64,000 nucleotides of DNA from Cyanidioschyzon merolae (lineage: Eukaryota), in NCBI GenBank assembly GCA_000091205.1, contig AP006497.2; one strand, given 5' to 3'. This document shows, one piece after another, positions 38,632 through 48,176 of the stretch (position 1 is the stretch's first letter; each line of letters opens with the position of its first letter). The translations under genes and the position numbers were made by a program. Under the pieces are notes generated by a model that saw nothing but the letters and a program-made list of their open reading frames with translations, did no database searches and was not told the origin of the DNA.

Positions 38632-41600
38632 ATGAGTCGGCTGCAGGAACAACTACGAATCATTCGCGAACGAGAAGAGGCACATCGCATCCTCGGAGCG
38701 AGTCGCTGTACGGTGCTGTTTCCTGACGAAACTATTGCCTCCCGAGTCTCCTGGTCCGAGTTGGCTGCGCTCGCTCGCAATGGACTCGAACAGCTCATCA
38801 AGTTCGACCAGCGGTTTGCATCATTTCTCGACAGCGACCTGTTTCACCACCGCTACGTTATCGAGGGAGCGACAGCACTTCCAGCACTCGATCGCGGCCA
38901 AGAGTCAGCAGCAGCGAACGCGGAGACCCAACAGCTCATTCAACACTTCTGTTACCTCTTGGTGCCGTATTTTACCACGAGACCTGGACAAAAGTGCGTT
39001 GAATGGCTGCTTCGTGCGCACTCAGCAGGAGCACTGGACCCCGCGTCGCTGGTGGTCGCCGCCCTGCCCTATATTGGGACGGAGGCATTTGAGCGGCTCG
39101 TTGCGGCCTTGCACCTAGCGCAGCATGGTGTAGCAAAAGTGCGCTGGCACTGGCTAGAGCGAGTACACTCCTTGGACCACCTAGTAGAACAGAGCAGCGA
39201 ACTCAACTGGTTCGTGCCGTTTCTCCTGGACACCGCAGAAGCGCTCGTGCGTGCACGCGTTTCGGCCGAGGGCTGGCATCGACTGCTTCTCTGCTATGGC
39301 AGCACGCTGGTAGCCAAACATCCGCTACGAGCCGGAAGCGTCATTCGCTTGGTTACCTTGAGCCTATCTCGTGTTGGACAGGCAGCAGAGCGCGACAAGC
39401 ATCTGTGGCAAGCGTTCTGGTATGCTGCATTAGGGATGCTGGTCGCAGCCTATCGTGCCGTCGGTGCCGCAGTCCGCAGCGATGTATTTTCGGCGACTGT
39501 ACGAGCGCTGCTGCGACTTTATGTGCGCACGCGGACATGGTATTCCGGGGACCCAGCCTGGTGTCGAAGACTCACCCTTGTACTGGCCAACCTCTATGCC
39601 GGGTCTCCGCACCAGCCGTTTCCACATGAGTGCCTGGAGACGCTCTCCAGTTGCACAGATGAATGGTATAGGGTGCTGGGAGCCTTGGATGCGTCAGAAA
39701 CGGAGTCTTTGCGCACGGCTTACAGTTTAGCGCTGTTGGAATACTGCTGGCACCAGCAGGACGCTGATGATGATTGCTGGCACCAACTGGTTGCACGCTT
39801 GCCTCCATCCCCTTCGGGATGTAGCGCTTTGATCGGGCGCCTGTTGGAACTTTTCGACGCGACAGTGGCATCGGAGTCAGCTGATGCCACTAAGGTGCAT
39901 TCTGCAGCAGATGCGCAGATGATGCGGTCACAAAGGATGATGGACGCAAGCACTGAGACGCGGGCTTCACTATCTGCAGATCATGCGAATGCGAACTTGG
40001 AGACTCCTGGCTCTCCATGCAGCGCAACCGAGATGCAAGCTCCTGCTGAATGGCATGAAACAACGTCACATGGTCCGGAAGTGTTATTATCCAAGGTGTC
40101 GTGCAAGCGGGGAGGTCGCACCACGACCCATCCACCAAGTGATTCGGACGCTGATCGGGAACGCTTCCGGTCTGCAGCACCGACGACTGAAACGGCATCT
40201 TCGACGCTTGCAGCGACGCCTTCGGGGTCACTGGACGCCAAGCATAGAGCGCAGCCTGCTGGGATGCTCCCGGGGACGCGTGCACCATCAGCGTCTGCCC
40301 TGACGAGGGCAACGGTGGAGCCTGGAGACGCCTCAGCAGCCGACGCAGCATCCGGCGCAAGAGTCGTTTCCGCAGGCATCGGGGCGGAGGCGCCTCCAGA
40401 GGATACCTCTACTGCGCCGCACTCGCTTCGTCGTCGACAGGTACCCAGCGAGGTCGCAGCGCTCGATAGATCTCAACGCATATTGCGCCCGCTGGTAGCG
40501 CATGTCGATCCGGTTACGTTCTGGGAAGCGCTCTACGCTCATGAGCGTCGTTTTCGCGGCAGGGCCAGGTCGTGGACCCTGCTGTGCGAACGCTGCATTG
40601 CGGCGAGCAGCCCGCTTCGAAGCCTGCAGCATCCGGATCCCCGAGTGCGTACTCGGACCCTCCATGCGCTCAGCCAGGCGCCATCTGCAGTACAGGAGCA
40701 GGCGCTTCCCATCATCCTGGAGCTGCTCCAACAGCCGAACGGCTTCGAGGATGATGTGCAGCGAGCTCTCTGCGCACCTGATGACGCTACTTGTGGTGAC
40801 GTATTATGGTTGCGAGATCAACTGGTGCGGGTGGGTGCTCCAGCACTCGAATCCCTCCTACCGCGCGCGATGCTTCTGTATCTGCGCGCTGTAGGGGCGT
40901 GCCCTGTACGAGCGCTCGTGCGATGCTACCGACTGGCGAGTCGGTATCGCCACGGAATGAGTGCCTCGCCAAAGGAAGCCGATGAAATTCATAGCCGTGG
41001 ATTGGCCGAGGGCGTCATTGTCTGGGAGGCAGCGTTTGAACAACTCTGTGCACACTGGAAACTAGCCCCCGAGACGAATGCCGAGCGAGCTGCACGCCGG
41101 GCAGAGCCGGCTGAAATGTGGTTCAGGCGTCTAGGCGAACGCTTTGGACGCTCCAGAGGCGCCGAGGCTTTCACTGCGCTTCTGGAGCAGCTCGTCGACT
41201 TGACGATGAATGAGGATGAGAACGGCGTTACCGCATGTACTTTGCTACTCGAATGGCTTCGCACAGGCGCTGACTTGCTCGATGAGGTGACCATTTGGCG
41301 TTTCCTGGCGAGCATTGTGCATCGACTTGCCGCTGTCCATTGGCTAGCGCCCGTGTCGCGGATACTGCACACCCTCAACGATCGACTTGCACAGACAAAG
41401 CCGATCACGGATCCAATGTTGGTTATGCCTCATGTTCAGCGGATTCTAGAGGCGATTGCTTCGGTACTGGCTCGTGCGCCGCACCCGAGTGCCATCACCG
41501 TGCTGGCGGAAACGTTCATTTGGCTGGCGACGCAATCGAGTCCCATGGAATGCGAGGCGGTGTGCTATGCCCTGCAGCTTGACACTTACCGCGAACAAGT

Positions 41601-44600
41601 GCTCGAGTTTTTGGCCAACGCTGGTGTACAGGCGGCGCGCTGGCTCGCAGTCGGAGCGATTGAGCCGGTCGATGTGCCCGCTGCGCTCGCACTGCTGGAC
41701 ACGTGCTCTGCAAACCTGGGTGTCGCTGGTACAACTGCACTCTTGGAGCATTTATTCAGAGCCTGCGCAACGGATGCAACCTGGTCGGCCCAGTTGCGGC
41801 AACAAACGCGGCGCTTGCTGCACCAGATCGTGCACGAGCATCCCGAAAACGATCATCGAGAGCACCTCCTGGACCGCCACACTGCTCAACTGGTTGCGAC
41901 CTGTATACGACTACTGAAACCGCTCGACGATTCCGACTGGTGCGTGGTTGAACCGTTGTGGGCAGTATCCAAGGCGTCGACGGGTCTCGCAGTCATCCGA
42001 GCGCTCCTCGACGCCTTGCAGGAGCGGGCGACGGACGCAAGCATACCCCAAGCACCGTTGTCGCGCCCGCTTATCACAGCGCTGATCGCGGCCTGCCGCT
42101 GGCTCGCCACCGGACCAACGGAGCAGCCAGCGTTCACGCTCGTTGTACCACGCTCATGGTTAGTGGACCTGCTCCAAAGCAGTGCCTTCCACGCAGACAA
42201 CCAGAAGAGCTTGTGGTTACTGGAGGCTATCGACCTCGGACGTCTTGACTGGAAACCAGAGCCTCCTGCTGCATCCAATGAACACGTATCGACAACACCA
42301 ACAACAGCGACACGCTCCGATTCAGACCCATGGATGAGGTTCATTCAAGAACAGTTCGACCTGGCATGCAGCGGGACGCTCGATACGAATCGCCTCAGCT
42401 GTGTGCTGTGCGTGGCGCTCAGAGATGGAACAGCGCGTGCAGCGCTCCAAGCGCGCCACGTGGCAGCACTGCTGAACGCCAACAAAGCATCGACATGCAC
42501 GCATGTGCCGCAGGGTGATCACCAGCGATGGCGGCGACACGCAGCGCGCCTCCTGATCCAGTGCCTGCACGATGCGGGCACGCGTGGATCGGGGCTCCAC
42601 GGCGAGCTCCTGGAGGCGCTCCTGGGAGCTCTCTGCCAGCACCATGAATGGCTCCCTGCATCGGAACGGCCTGCGTATCGGGTGACGGTTGTCAGGGGCC
42701 TGGTGTGTTATGCGCAGAGCCTTCGGAGCGGGGACGCTGTGCACGCGATGTGGAACGTGGTATGCTTGACCGCGAGTCGCGATCTGCCTTTGGATGCAGT
42801 GCGCGATCTGTTTAGGGAGGTCATTGGGCAGGATGAGGCTGCGCTAGAGCCGGTGTTTCGGGCGCTTCGTGATGCGCGGCGCATACGCGCTGGTACGCTG
42901 GCGCCTGTGCACGCTCCGGGGGCAGCTCGGCGAGGCGATGCGACGCTGTCCGAGCATCGCTCGTCATTGTCGTCGTCGTCGTCGTCGTCGTCAACAACAA
43001 CAACAACAACAGCAACATCGCCGGTATCCGCAACTGCGATGGATCGCTTATGGCTACAGCTGTTGCAGGATGCGGCGGCTTGTGCGCCGAGGCACGTGCG
43101 CCGGCTGCTCTCGGAAGCGTCCGGGATTGCGCCGGCGGTACTCCAGCGTCTGCCTGAGTATCTGGATATGGGGCGCGTCTTCGGAAATGACAGCACCGAA
43201 GATATATTGAGCTTTTTAGAGACGCGGCATTTGCCAGTAGCGCTTGTGCAACACCTGGTGACGCAAGTATGGCCCTTGACGCGCATTCGTGAAGCGCTTG
43301 AGAAACGCGCACAGCCAGTCGTCATGGCGATTCTGGTGGAGCATCTGGTACGCGTGGCGCGGGCGGATGTACCGCGCAAACAGCATCACCAACGTCGGGA
43401 GCTGCAGGAGACGTTACGGGTGCTCGGCCGGCTCTTGCTGGAACAAAACGCTGATCCTGTGCTGGTGCGGCGCTGGCTCGAGCATCCGTATACGCGGACG
43501 CTGGGGCCGGGTATGTTGCCGCTGCTGGCCGCACATGCGGATCCTGTTTGTGTCGCATGCGCTGTTCGGACGTTTGGGCACAAAATGGTACCGCATTTGC
43601 CGCGCGTGTTGGCGCACTGGCCAGCACCGCCTGTTGTGCAAGCGCTCCTGGAGACGCTTCCCGAGTTCGTATCAGCGCCGTACATCCGCCAGCTTTGGGC
43701 GAGCATGTCGGAAAGCTTTCCCGACGATCGGGAGGCGGCAGCGATGCGTTCGCTGCTGGTTGAAGCGGCTCCACCGATGTCGATCCTGGAAGCGCTGAAA
43801 GCGGAAACGCAGCACCTGGCATGTTTGAGCGGCTGGAAAATGATGCACACGGAACCGTTCCAGAGTTTAACAGCGGCGCTTTCGAGCTGGGATTCAACTT
43901 TGGTCCAGCGCTCTTCCGAGCAAATTTTAGCTGTGATCTGGCGAGGTCTGGAAAGTCGTGAACGCATCATGATGAAAGCATTCTATGCAGGACGCGAAAC
44001 AGAGCCGTCCATAAGCGAGCAGCTCGAGCAGCTCGAGACGCATTGTATGGAAGCGTTGGTTACCATGGTGCTGGTGCTGCCACACCCGGCTTGTGGCGAG
44101 ATCCTCTACCGCAGCTTGCTCTGGTGCCAGTCGTTCGCAGCGGATGAGGACAGCGCGGGCGGAGATATCGCTAGCGAGCGCCCAGCGCGTCCGACAAAAC
44201 GACAACGAAGCAGCAGCAGCAGCAGCAGCAGCACTAGTAGTAGTAGTACTATCGGTAGTGACCCTGATGAAGCAGCACCTCTTGGAAGAGCGCACATGCG
44301 TCGCGCGTCTCATTGGCGACGCATCGTCTGGTTCAAACTTATAACAAAGTTCGCATCGCGTCTCGGTAGTCGCTTCCAGGAGTATGTCGAACTCGTCTGG
44401 GATACGATTGCGGAACACGCTCAGCTGGACGCGGCTGGTGCGGCGACACCAGACCCGACGCCCAGCGAGGCGGCTGAGGTACGAGTTGCAGCGCTCGAGA
44501 CGCTTGCGGTGTGCCTCGAAGCAGCGACACCATCGTGTGCGCAACTATCGAGCTCGCAATGCGAAACATGTCTGGATATCCTCGCCCAGTGGCTGTCCGA

Positions 44601-45012
44601 GGCGCACATGGCATCGCCGGTGGCAGCCACTGCCCTAGAGCGTCTGGTAGCGGCGCTGGCGCGCAGCGGCCTGTCCCAGCGAGTCACAACAGTGTCGACG
44701 ACGTCCGGCACGTCTTCGCCGCTGGTGCGCCTCGGACGTCTCATTCTGGTCATGCCTGAGGTTCGTCGAGTGCCGGCTTCGTCGGCAGCGGCAGCCTTGC
44801 GCTTACGGGTGCGCCTGGTGCGCGTCCTCATCGAAACGCTGGACGAGGCGTATCTGCCGCCGCTGCTGCCGCGAACCCTATCGTGGCTCGCCGAAGTGCT
44901 CGATAACCCCGACAGTGCCGTTGAAGAGATGGCACGAGATATTGCAAACCGCCTGAGTCGAATTTCGGGCGAAGATATCTTGACGCAGTTGCGCGAAACG
45001 CCAGCGATTTAG
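38632..45012 (+). CDS. UTP10: UTP10/HEATR1 (U3 snoRNP / SSU-processome HEAT-repeat protein).
   Basis: It is about 2125 aa of Leu/Ala-rich HEAT-like repeats. The N terminus MSRLQEQLRII resembles HEATR1 M.SLAQQL..L. The C terminus LPPLLPRTLSWLAEVLDNPDSAVEEMARDIANRLSRISGEDILTQL resembles the HEATR1/BP28CT terminal HEAT repeat. The ORF-track start at 38479 is TTG, inside the minisatellite. The first ATG is at 38632. Confidence 0.75.
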   Translation: MSRLQEQLRIIREREEAHRILGASRCTVLFPDETIASRVSWSELAALARNGLEQLIKFDQRFASFLDSDLFHHRYVIEGATALPALDRGQESAAANAETQQLIQHFCYLLVPYFTTRPGQKCVEWLLRAHSAGALDPASLVVAALPYIGTEAFERLVAALHLAQHGVAKVRWHWLERVHSLDHLVEQSSELNWFVPFLLDTAEALVRARVSAEGWHRLLLCYGSTLVAKHPLRAGSVIRLVTLSLSRVGQAAERDKHLWQAFWYAALGMLVAAYRAVGAAVRSDVFSATVRALLRLYVRTRTWYSGDPAWCRRLTLVLANLYAGSPHQPFPHECLETLSSCTDEWYRVLGALDASETESLRTAYSLALLEYCWHQQDADDDCWHQLVARLPPSPSGCSALIGRLLELFDATVASESADATKVHSAADAQMMRSQRMMDASTETRASLSADHANANLETPGSPCSATEMQAPAEWHETTSHGPEVLLSKVSCKRGGRTTTHPPSDSDADRERFRSAAPTTETASSTLAATPSGSLDAKHRAQPAGMLPGTRAPSASALTRATVEPGDASAADAASGARVVSAGIGAEAPPEDTSTAPHSLRRRQVPSEVAALDRSQRILRPLVAHVDPVTFWEALYAHERRFRGRARSWTLLCERCIAASSPLRSLQHPDPRVRTRTLHALSQAPSAVQEQALPIILELLQQPNGFEDDVQRALCAPDDATCGDVLWLRDQLVRVGAPALESLLPRAMLLYLRAVGACPVRALVRCYRLASRYRHGMSASPKEADEIHSRGLAEGVIVWEAAFEQLCAHWKLAPETNAERAARRAEPAEMWFRRLGERFGRSRGAEAFTALLEQLVDLTMNEDENGVTACTLLLEWLRTGADLLDEVTIWRFLASIVHRLAAVHWLAPVSRILHTLNDRLAQTKPITDPMLVMPHVQRILEAIASVLARAPHPSAITVLAETFIWLATQSSPMECEAVCYALQLDTYREQVLEFLANAGVQAARWLAVGAIEPVDVPAALALLDTCSANLGVAGTTALLEHLFRACATDATWSAQLRQQTRRLLHQIVHEHPENDHREHLLDRHTAQLVATCIRLLKPLDDSDWCVVEPLWAVSKASTGLAVIRALLDALQERATDASIPQAPLSRPLITALIAACRWLATGPTEQPAFTLVVPRSWLVDLLQSSAFHADNQKSLWLLEAIDLGRLDWKPEPPAASNEHVSTTPTTATRSDSDPWMRFIQEQFDLACSGTLDTNRLSCVLCVALRDGTARAALQARHVAALLNANKASTCTHVPQGDHQRWRRHAARLLIQCLHDAGTRGSGLHGELLEALLGALCQHHEWLPASERPAYRVTVVRGLVCYAQSLRSGDAVHAMWNVVCLTASRDLPLDAVRDLFREVIGQDEAALEPVFRALRDARRIRAGTLAPVHAPGAARRGDATLSEHRSSLSSSSSSSSTTTTTTATSPVSATAMDRLWLQLLQDAAACAPRHVRRLLSEASGIAPAVLQRLPEYLDMGRVFGNDSTEDILSFLETRHLPVALVQHLVTQVWPLTRIREALEKRAQPVVMAILVEHLVRVARADVPRKQHHQRRELQETLRVLGRLLLEQNADPVLVRRWLEHPYTRTLGPGMLPLLAAHADPVCVACAVRTFGHKMVPHLPRVLAHWPAPPVVQALLETLPEFVSAPYIRQLWASMSESFPDDREAAAMRSLLVEAAPPMSILEALKAETQHLACLSGWKMMHTEPFQSLTAALSSWDSTLVQRSSEQILAVIWRGLESRERIMMKAFYAGRETEPSISEQLEQLETHCMEALVTMVLVLPHPACGEILYRSLLWCQSFAADEDSAGGDIASERPARPTKRQRSSSSSSSSTSSSSTIGSDPDEAAPLGRAHMRRASHWRRIVWFKLITKFASRLGSRFQEYVELVWDTIAEHAQLDAAGAATPDPTPSEAAEVRVAALETLAVCLEAATPSCAQLSSSQCETCLDILAQWLSEAHMASPVAATALERLVAALARSGLSQRVTTVSTTSGTSSPLVRLGRLILVMPEVRRVPASSAAAALRLRVRLVRVLIETLDEAYLPPLLPRTLSWLAEVLDNPDSAVEEMARDIANRLSRISGEDILTQLRETPAI

Positions 45013-45188
45013 GTCTCGAAACGCGACGAGTACCGGTGAGCCGACGATGAAGTGGAAAACGCATGATGCTTCTGCGTGATCGACGGTTGCCAGGTACCGA
45101 TGCTATACGACGTGTACCCAGACACAAGTAGTGCATCCAGTGTTGTCGAGTTCAGCGCCGGCTGTGGCTCGCGAGCACCTCGGCTGTA

Positions 45189-46055
45189 TTAGACACGCGC
45201 GAGCATCCACGGGTTTGCACCAGCACCAGCATCCGCGTATATGTCTTCATGAATGCCGCCAATGGCGAGTCGCCACGCCTCCAACAGAAGCGTCACCAGC
45301 ATGGCAGCGGCGAGCGCATCCAACGCCACCTGGCTGAGCGTCCAACGCGTGGCAGATGCAGGCCGCTTCTTCCCCTGTGCCGGTCGACGGTATTCGTCGA
45401 AGCGCACCGCCGGCACCTCATCCTCGTCTATTCGATAGTACATCGGAAATGAGACGACAAAGTAAAGTCCGTAGAATGCGGATCCGATCCATACCATACG
45501 CCTCCAGTCTCGGAAACGGTAATGCGGAAACGCGGCAATGGTGACGGTTTCCGCGAAAGCGGTGCCGTACGCGAGCACCAACACGACCAGGACTCGCTGA
45601 AGACGCGTCCAGCGCTGCGATCCGAGCCTCAGCACCAACGTCACAAGCGTATGGTACATGCAAAAGTACGGCTGTGTGGCTAGATAACAGGGTATGGGTA
45701 CGTCATTGAGCCGCCAGCTTGGAAAGGTGTACTCGGCGCCGAGCAACCGGTAGAAATAGTGCGTCCATAAATAGTTCCCGATGAATCCGAAGACCCCGTT
45801 CCAGACGTTCGCTTTGAAGATGAAGCGCTCCTGCCAGGGCAAGGTGCGGTCGGGTGTTCCCGGGAACAGCACCGGCGGCAGCACGCACACCAGCGCCATA
45901 GCCAGTGACACGAGTGCGTAACCGAGTGCGTCTAGTCGCTGGTACCAGCCGGTGGCAACGACCGCACCTAGCAAAAAGCCGACGGCAACCGGGCAAACGA
46001 GCAGGAGATAGCGTTCGGCCCAGGCCTTGGACGGGTTCCGTGCCCAGACAGGCAT
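45189..46055 (-). CDS. CPI1: Cycloeucalenol cycloisomerase, a sterol-biosynthesis enzyme of cycloartenol-pathway lineages.
   Basis: There is strong colinear similarity to plant CPI1: NPSKAWAERYLLLV.P..., TGWYQ..D.L.Y.L..L..ALP....P.L.FPG..DR..PW.ERF..KANVW..VF.F.GNY.WTHYFY..LGA.YTFPSW..N.VP...YL.T...F..YH......LR......., FP.Y.F.D...M...GS..YG.YF.VSFPM..R.DE. The track start at 46157 is TTG. The first ATG (MPVWARNPSKAW) is at 46055. Confidence 0.85.
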   Translation of the reverse strand: MPVWARNPSKAWAERYLLLVCPVAVGFLLGAVVATGWYQRLDALGYALVSLAMALVCVLPPVLFPGTPDRTLPWQERFIFKANVWNGVFGFIGNYLWTHYFYRLLGAEYTFPSWRLNDVPIPCYLATQPYFCMYHTLVTLVLRLGSQRWTRLQRVLVVLVLAYGTAFAETVTIAAFPHYRFRDWRRMVWIGSAFYGLYFVVSFPMYYRIDEDEVPAVRFDEYRRPAQGKKRPASATRWTLSQVALDALAAAMLVTLLLEAWRLAIGGIHEDIYADAGAGANPWMLARV

Positions 46056-48176
46056 CCGGACGTTGAACGACTGTTGGTGCTGGTCGTAGACAACGAACGT
46101 CGTGCTGCTGCTGCTGTTGTTGTTGTTGTTGCGGACGTTTGTTCGCTGCAAGGACAATGCATTGCAGGGATTGGATAGATGGACGGATGGATGAAGGGTT
46201 TCATAGGATCCATCGATGCCCGTGAACTAGTGTACGCTGGATCATTTGTGGATGCTCTTGATAGACCCCGGGTATTGATTCACTTGGTTAGAGGTCGATT
46301 GCCGAGTCATCGATGGAGATCGAGCACCACTCAGAACCTCTGTTGGTGTCGGTTCCGCGAGCTCACCCTGTATACCACGTTTCGCTAGCATATGCACTGA
46401 CAACACGGTGCTCTCGGAGTGCATATGAAACCGCTGACGCCTGGTTCCTGCTCTGAGCCGTCCATATCGTCGCTTCGCTATGGGACGAACGCGGAGTCGA
46501 TATCGACCCAGCGGGACGTTGCCTGGGGTGTCTGCGCCTCGGTCGCTGCTGCTCGCAGTGCAGTGCTCGTAGCGCTCGTACGGCAGTACGTCTGGGACGG
46601 GTTACGTTCGTGCGTGGCGCAGACGTGGTATCGGTGCTCGTGTGTGTGTATGACGGTGAAAAGAACGCGCTTGACGTCCAGATGGTGCTTTACAGTGCAT
46701 GACGCCAGGAGGTACGCTCGATGCTCCTGAGGTCGTCGCGCCAACCGACGCAGGATTACCGACTCGGTTCATGGAGTGTCCGGCTGGATGCGTACTCTGG
46801 AAGGAACAACACCCGAGTCAGAATGAAATGGAGCAGGTCCTCGAACGGGAGCGCAAACGCACATGTTTGAGCATCGTCTCGTTGTCCTGCATCGCGAACG
46901 TTTTCCGGCTTTTCCCGGTACGGATTCATGCGTCTCTTGTCCCTTACTTCGGGGCGTCAACTACGCGAGCCCTCTCATGCCGCCAGCGCCGTTACCTGCA
47001 GTCGAAAGACGATCGTGGAAGCGTGATCCTTCCGATATTGCCGATTTTTCGGCTGCTGTGGACGCGTTTCATGCACAGGCGGAGTACCCGACCTGCGCTT
47101 TGCTGGTCATTTTCATCCTGATGAGTACCGCCTCGGTGCACGCTCTACAGTCGTCATCGTCGACTGTGGTCAGGTATTCCCGTAGTAGATCGATCAAACT
47201 GCCTCCGGAGAGCGCTCGTTTGGTTATTCGGCAGAGAGGCCCCTGACGCGTACGGTAAGCTCGCCTCGATGTGCGCTTTCGTCTCCGTGCCCAGTGCCGT
47301 ACGCTAGGATCACGGGCTTGTTCTGGGCAATGCCCTCAGCGAGCAGACGACGCACTGTAATCACACATGTGATCCCTGGGCCATTCGATAGAGGATTCTG
47401 CAGAACGCAATATCTTCCGTGATGCATCGTAGAGCGCAAGGAAAATCCAGGTCGCGGATGCAGTTGAGAAATGTCGATAACGTTGACGCTGGTGCCATGC
47501 AAACCAGTGATGCATTCGGCACATCCAAGTGACCGCCATCATGACTCACATCCGAATCCGATATACGTTTTCATTGAAAAAGAACAGGCATGAGCCTCCT
47601 GTACCCGAATCGGATGCTCTTGTCGTCGAGTCCCGTTTCGTCGATGACAGCCCAGAGAGGATGATGTATCTTTCTAACGGAATCAGTAGTTGGACAAGTT
47701 GCGTGATCTTGCTCTGAACCGCACCTGAAAAGGAATTCGTCAAGCGACGTTGTCGAAGAGCGTGCCGCGAAACCCAACCATCGAAACCTCGAAACATGCG
47801 TTATTCCAGCGTGCTCCAAGAAAAAGCACGGTATAGATTCTGGAGTAGTAGATATGATTTGGATCATGATATTCGTGGGTTCACGAACGACATTTCGAAG
47901 GTGTTCGGTGCTGCGATGATTCCGGTGACGTGACGAGTTCCGGTGCCAATGAGTCCACGGAGATACATCTGAGGTTCGATCAAGAACCATGAAACGAAAT
48001 ATGCGTCTGGAACACCACATACCTATACTTTGATTGTCTAGGTTTTCATACAAAATTTTGCAAAGAGGAGCAAGATCGAACCATGCTGTTTCCTTTTTGT
48101 CATCTGCGACGGTGGTACTCCTGCTCTGCATTGTTGTGATCGTTGTTGTCGACATCGACGGCGACAAGTTGCTTGT

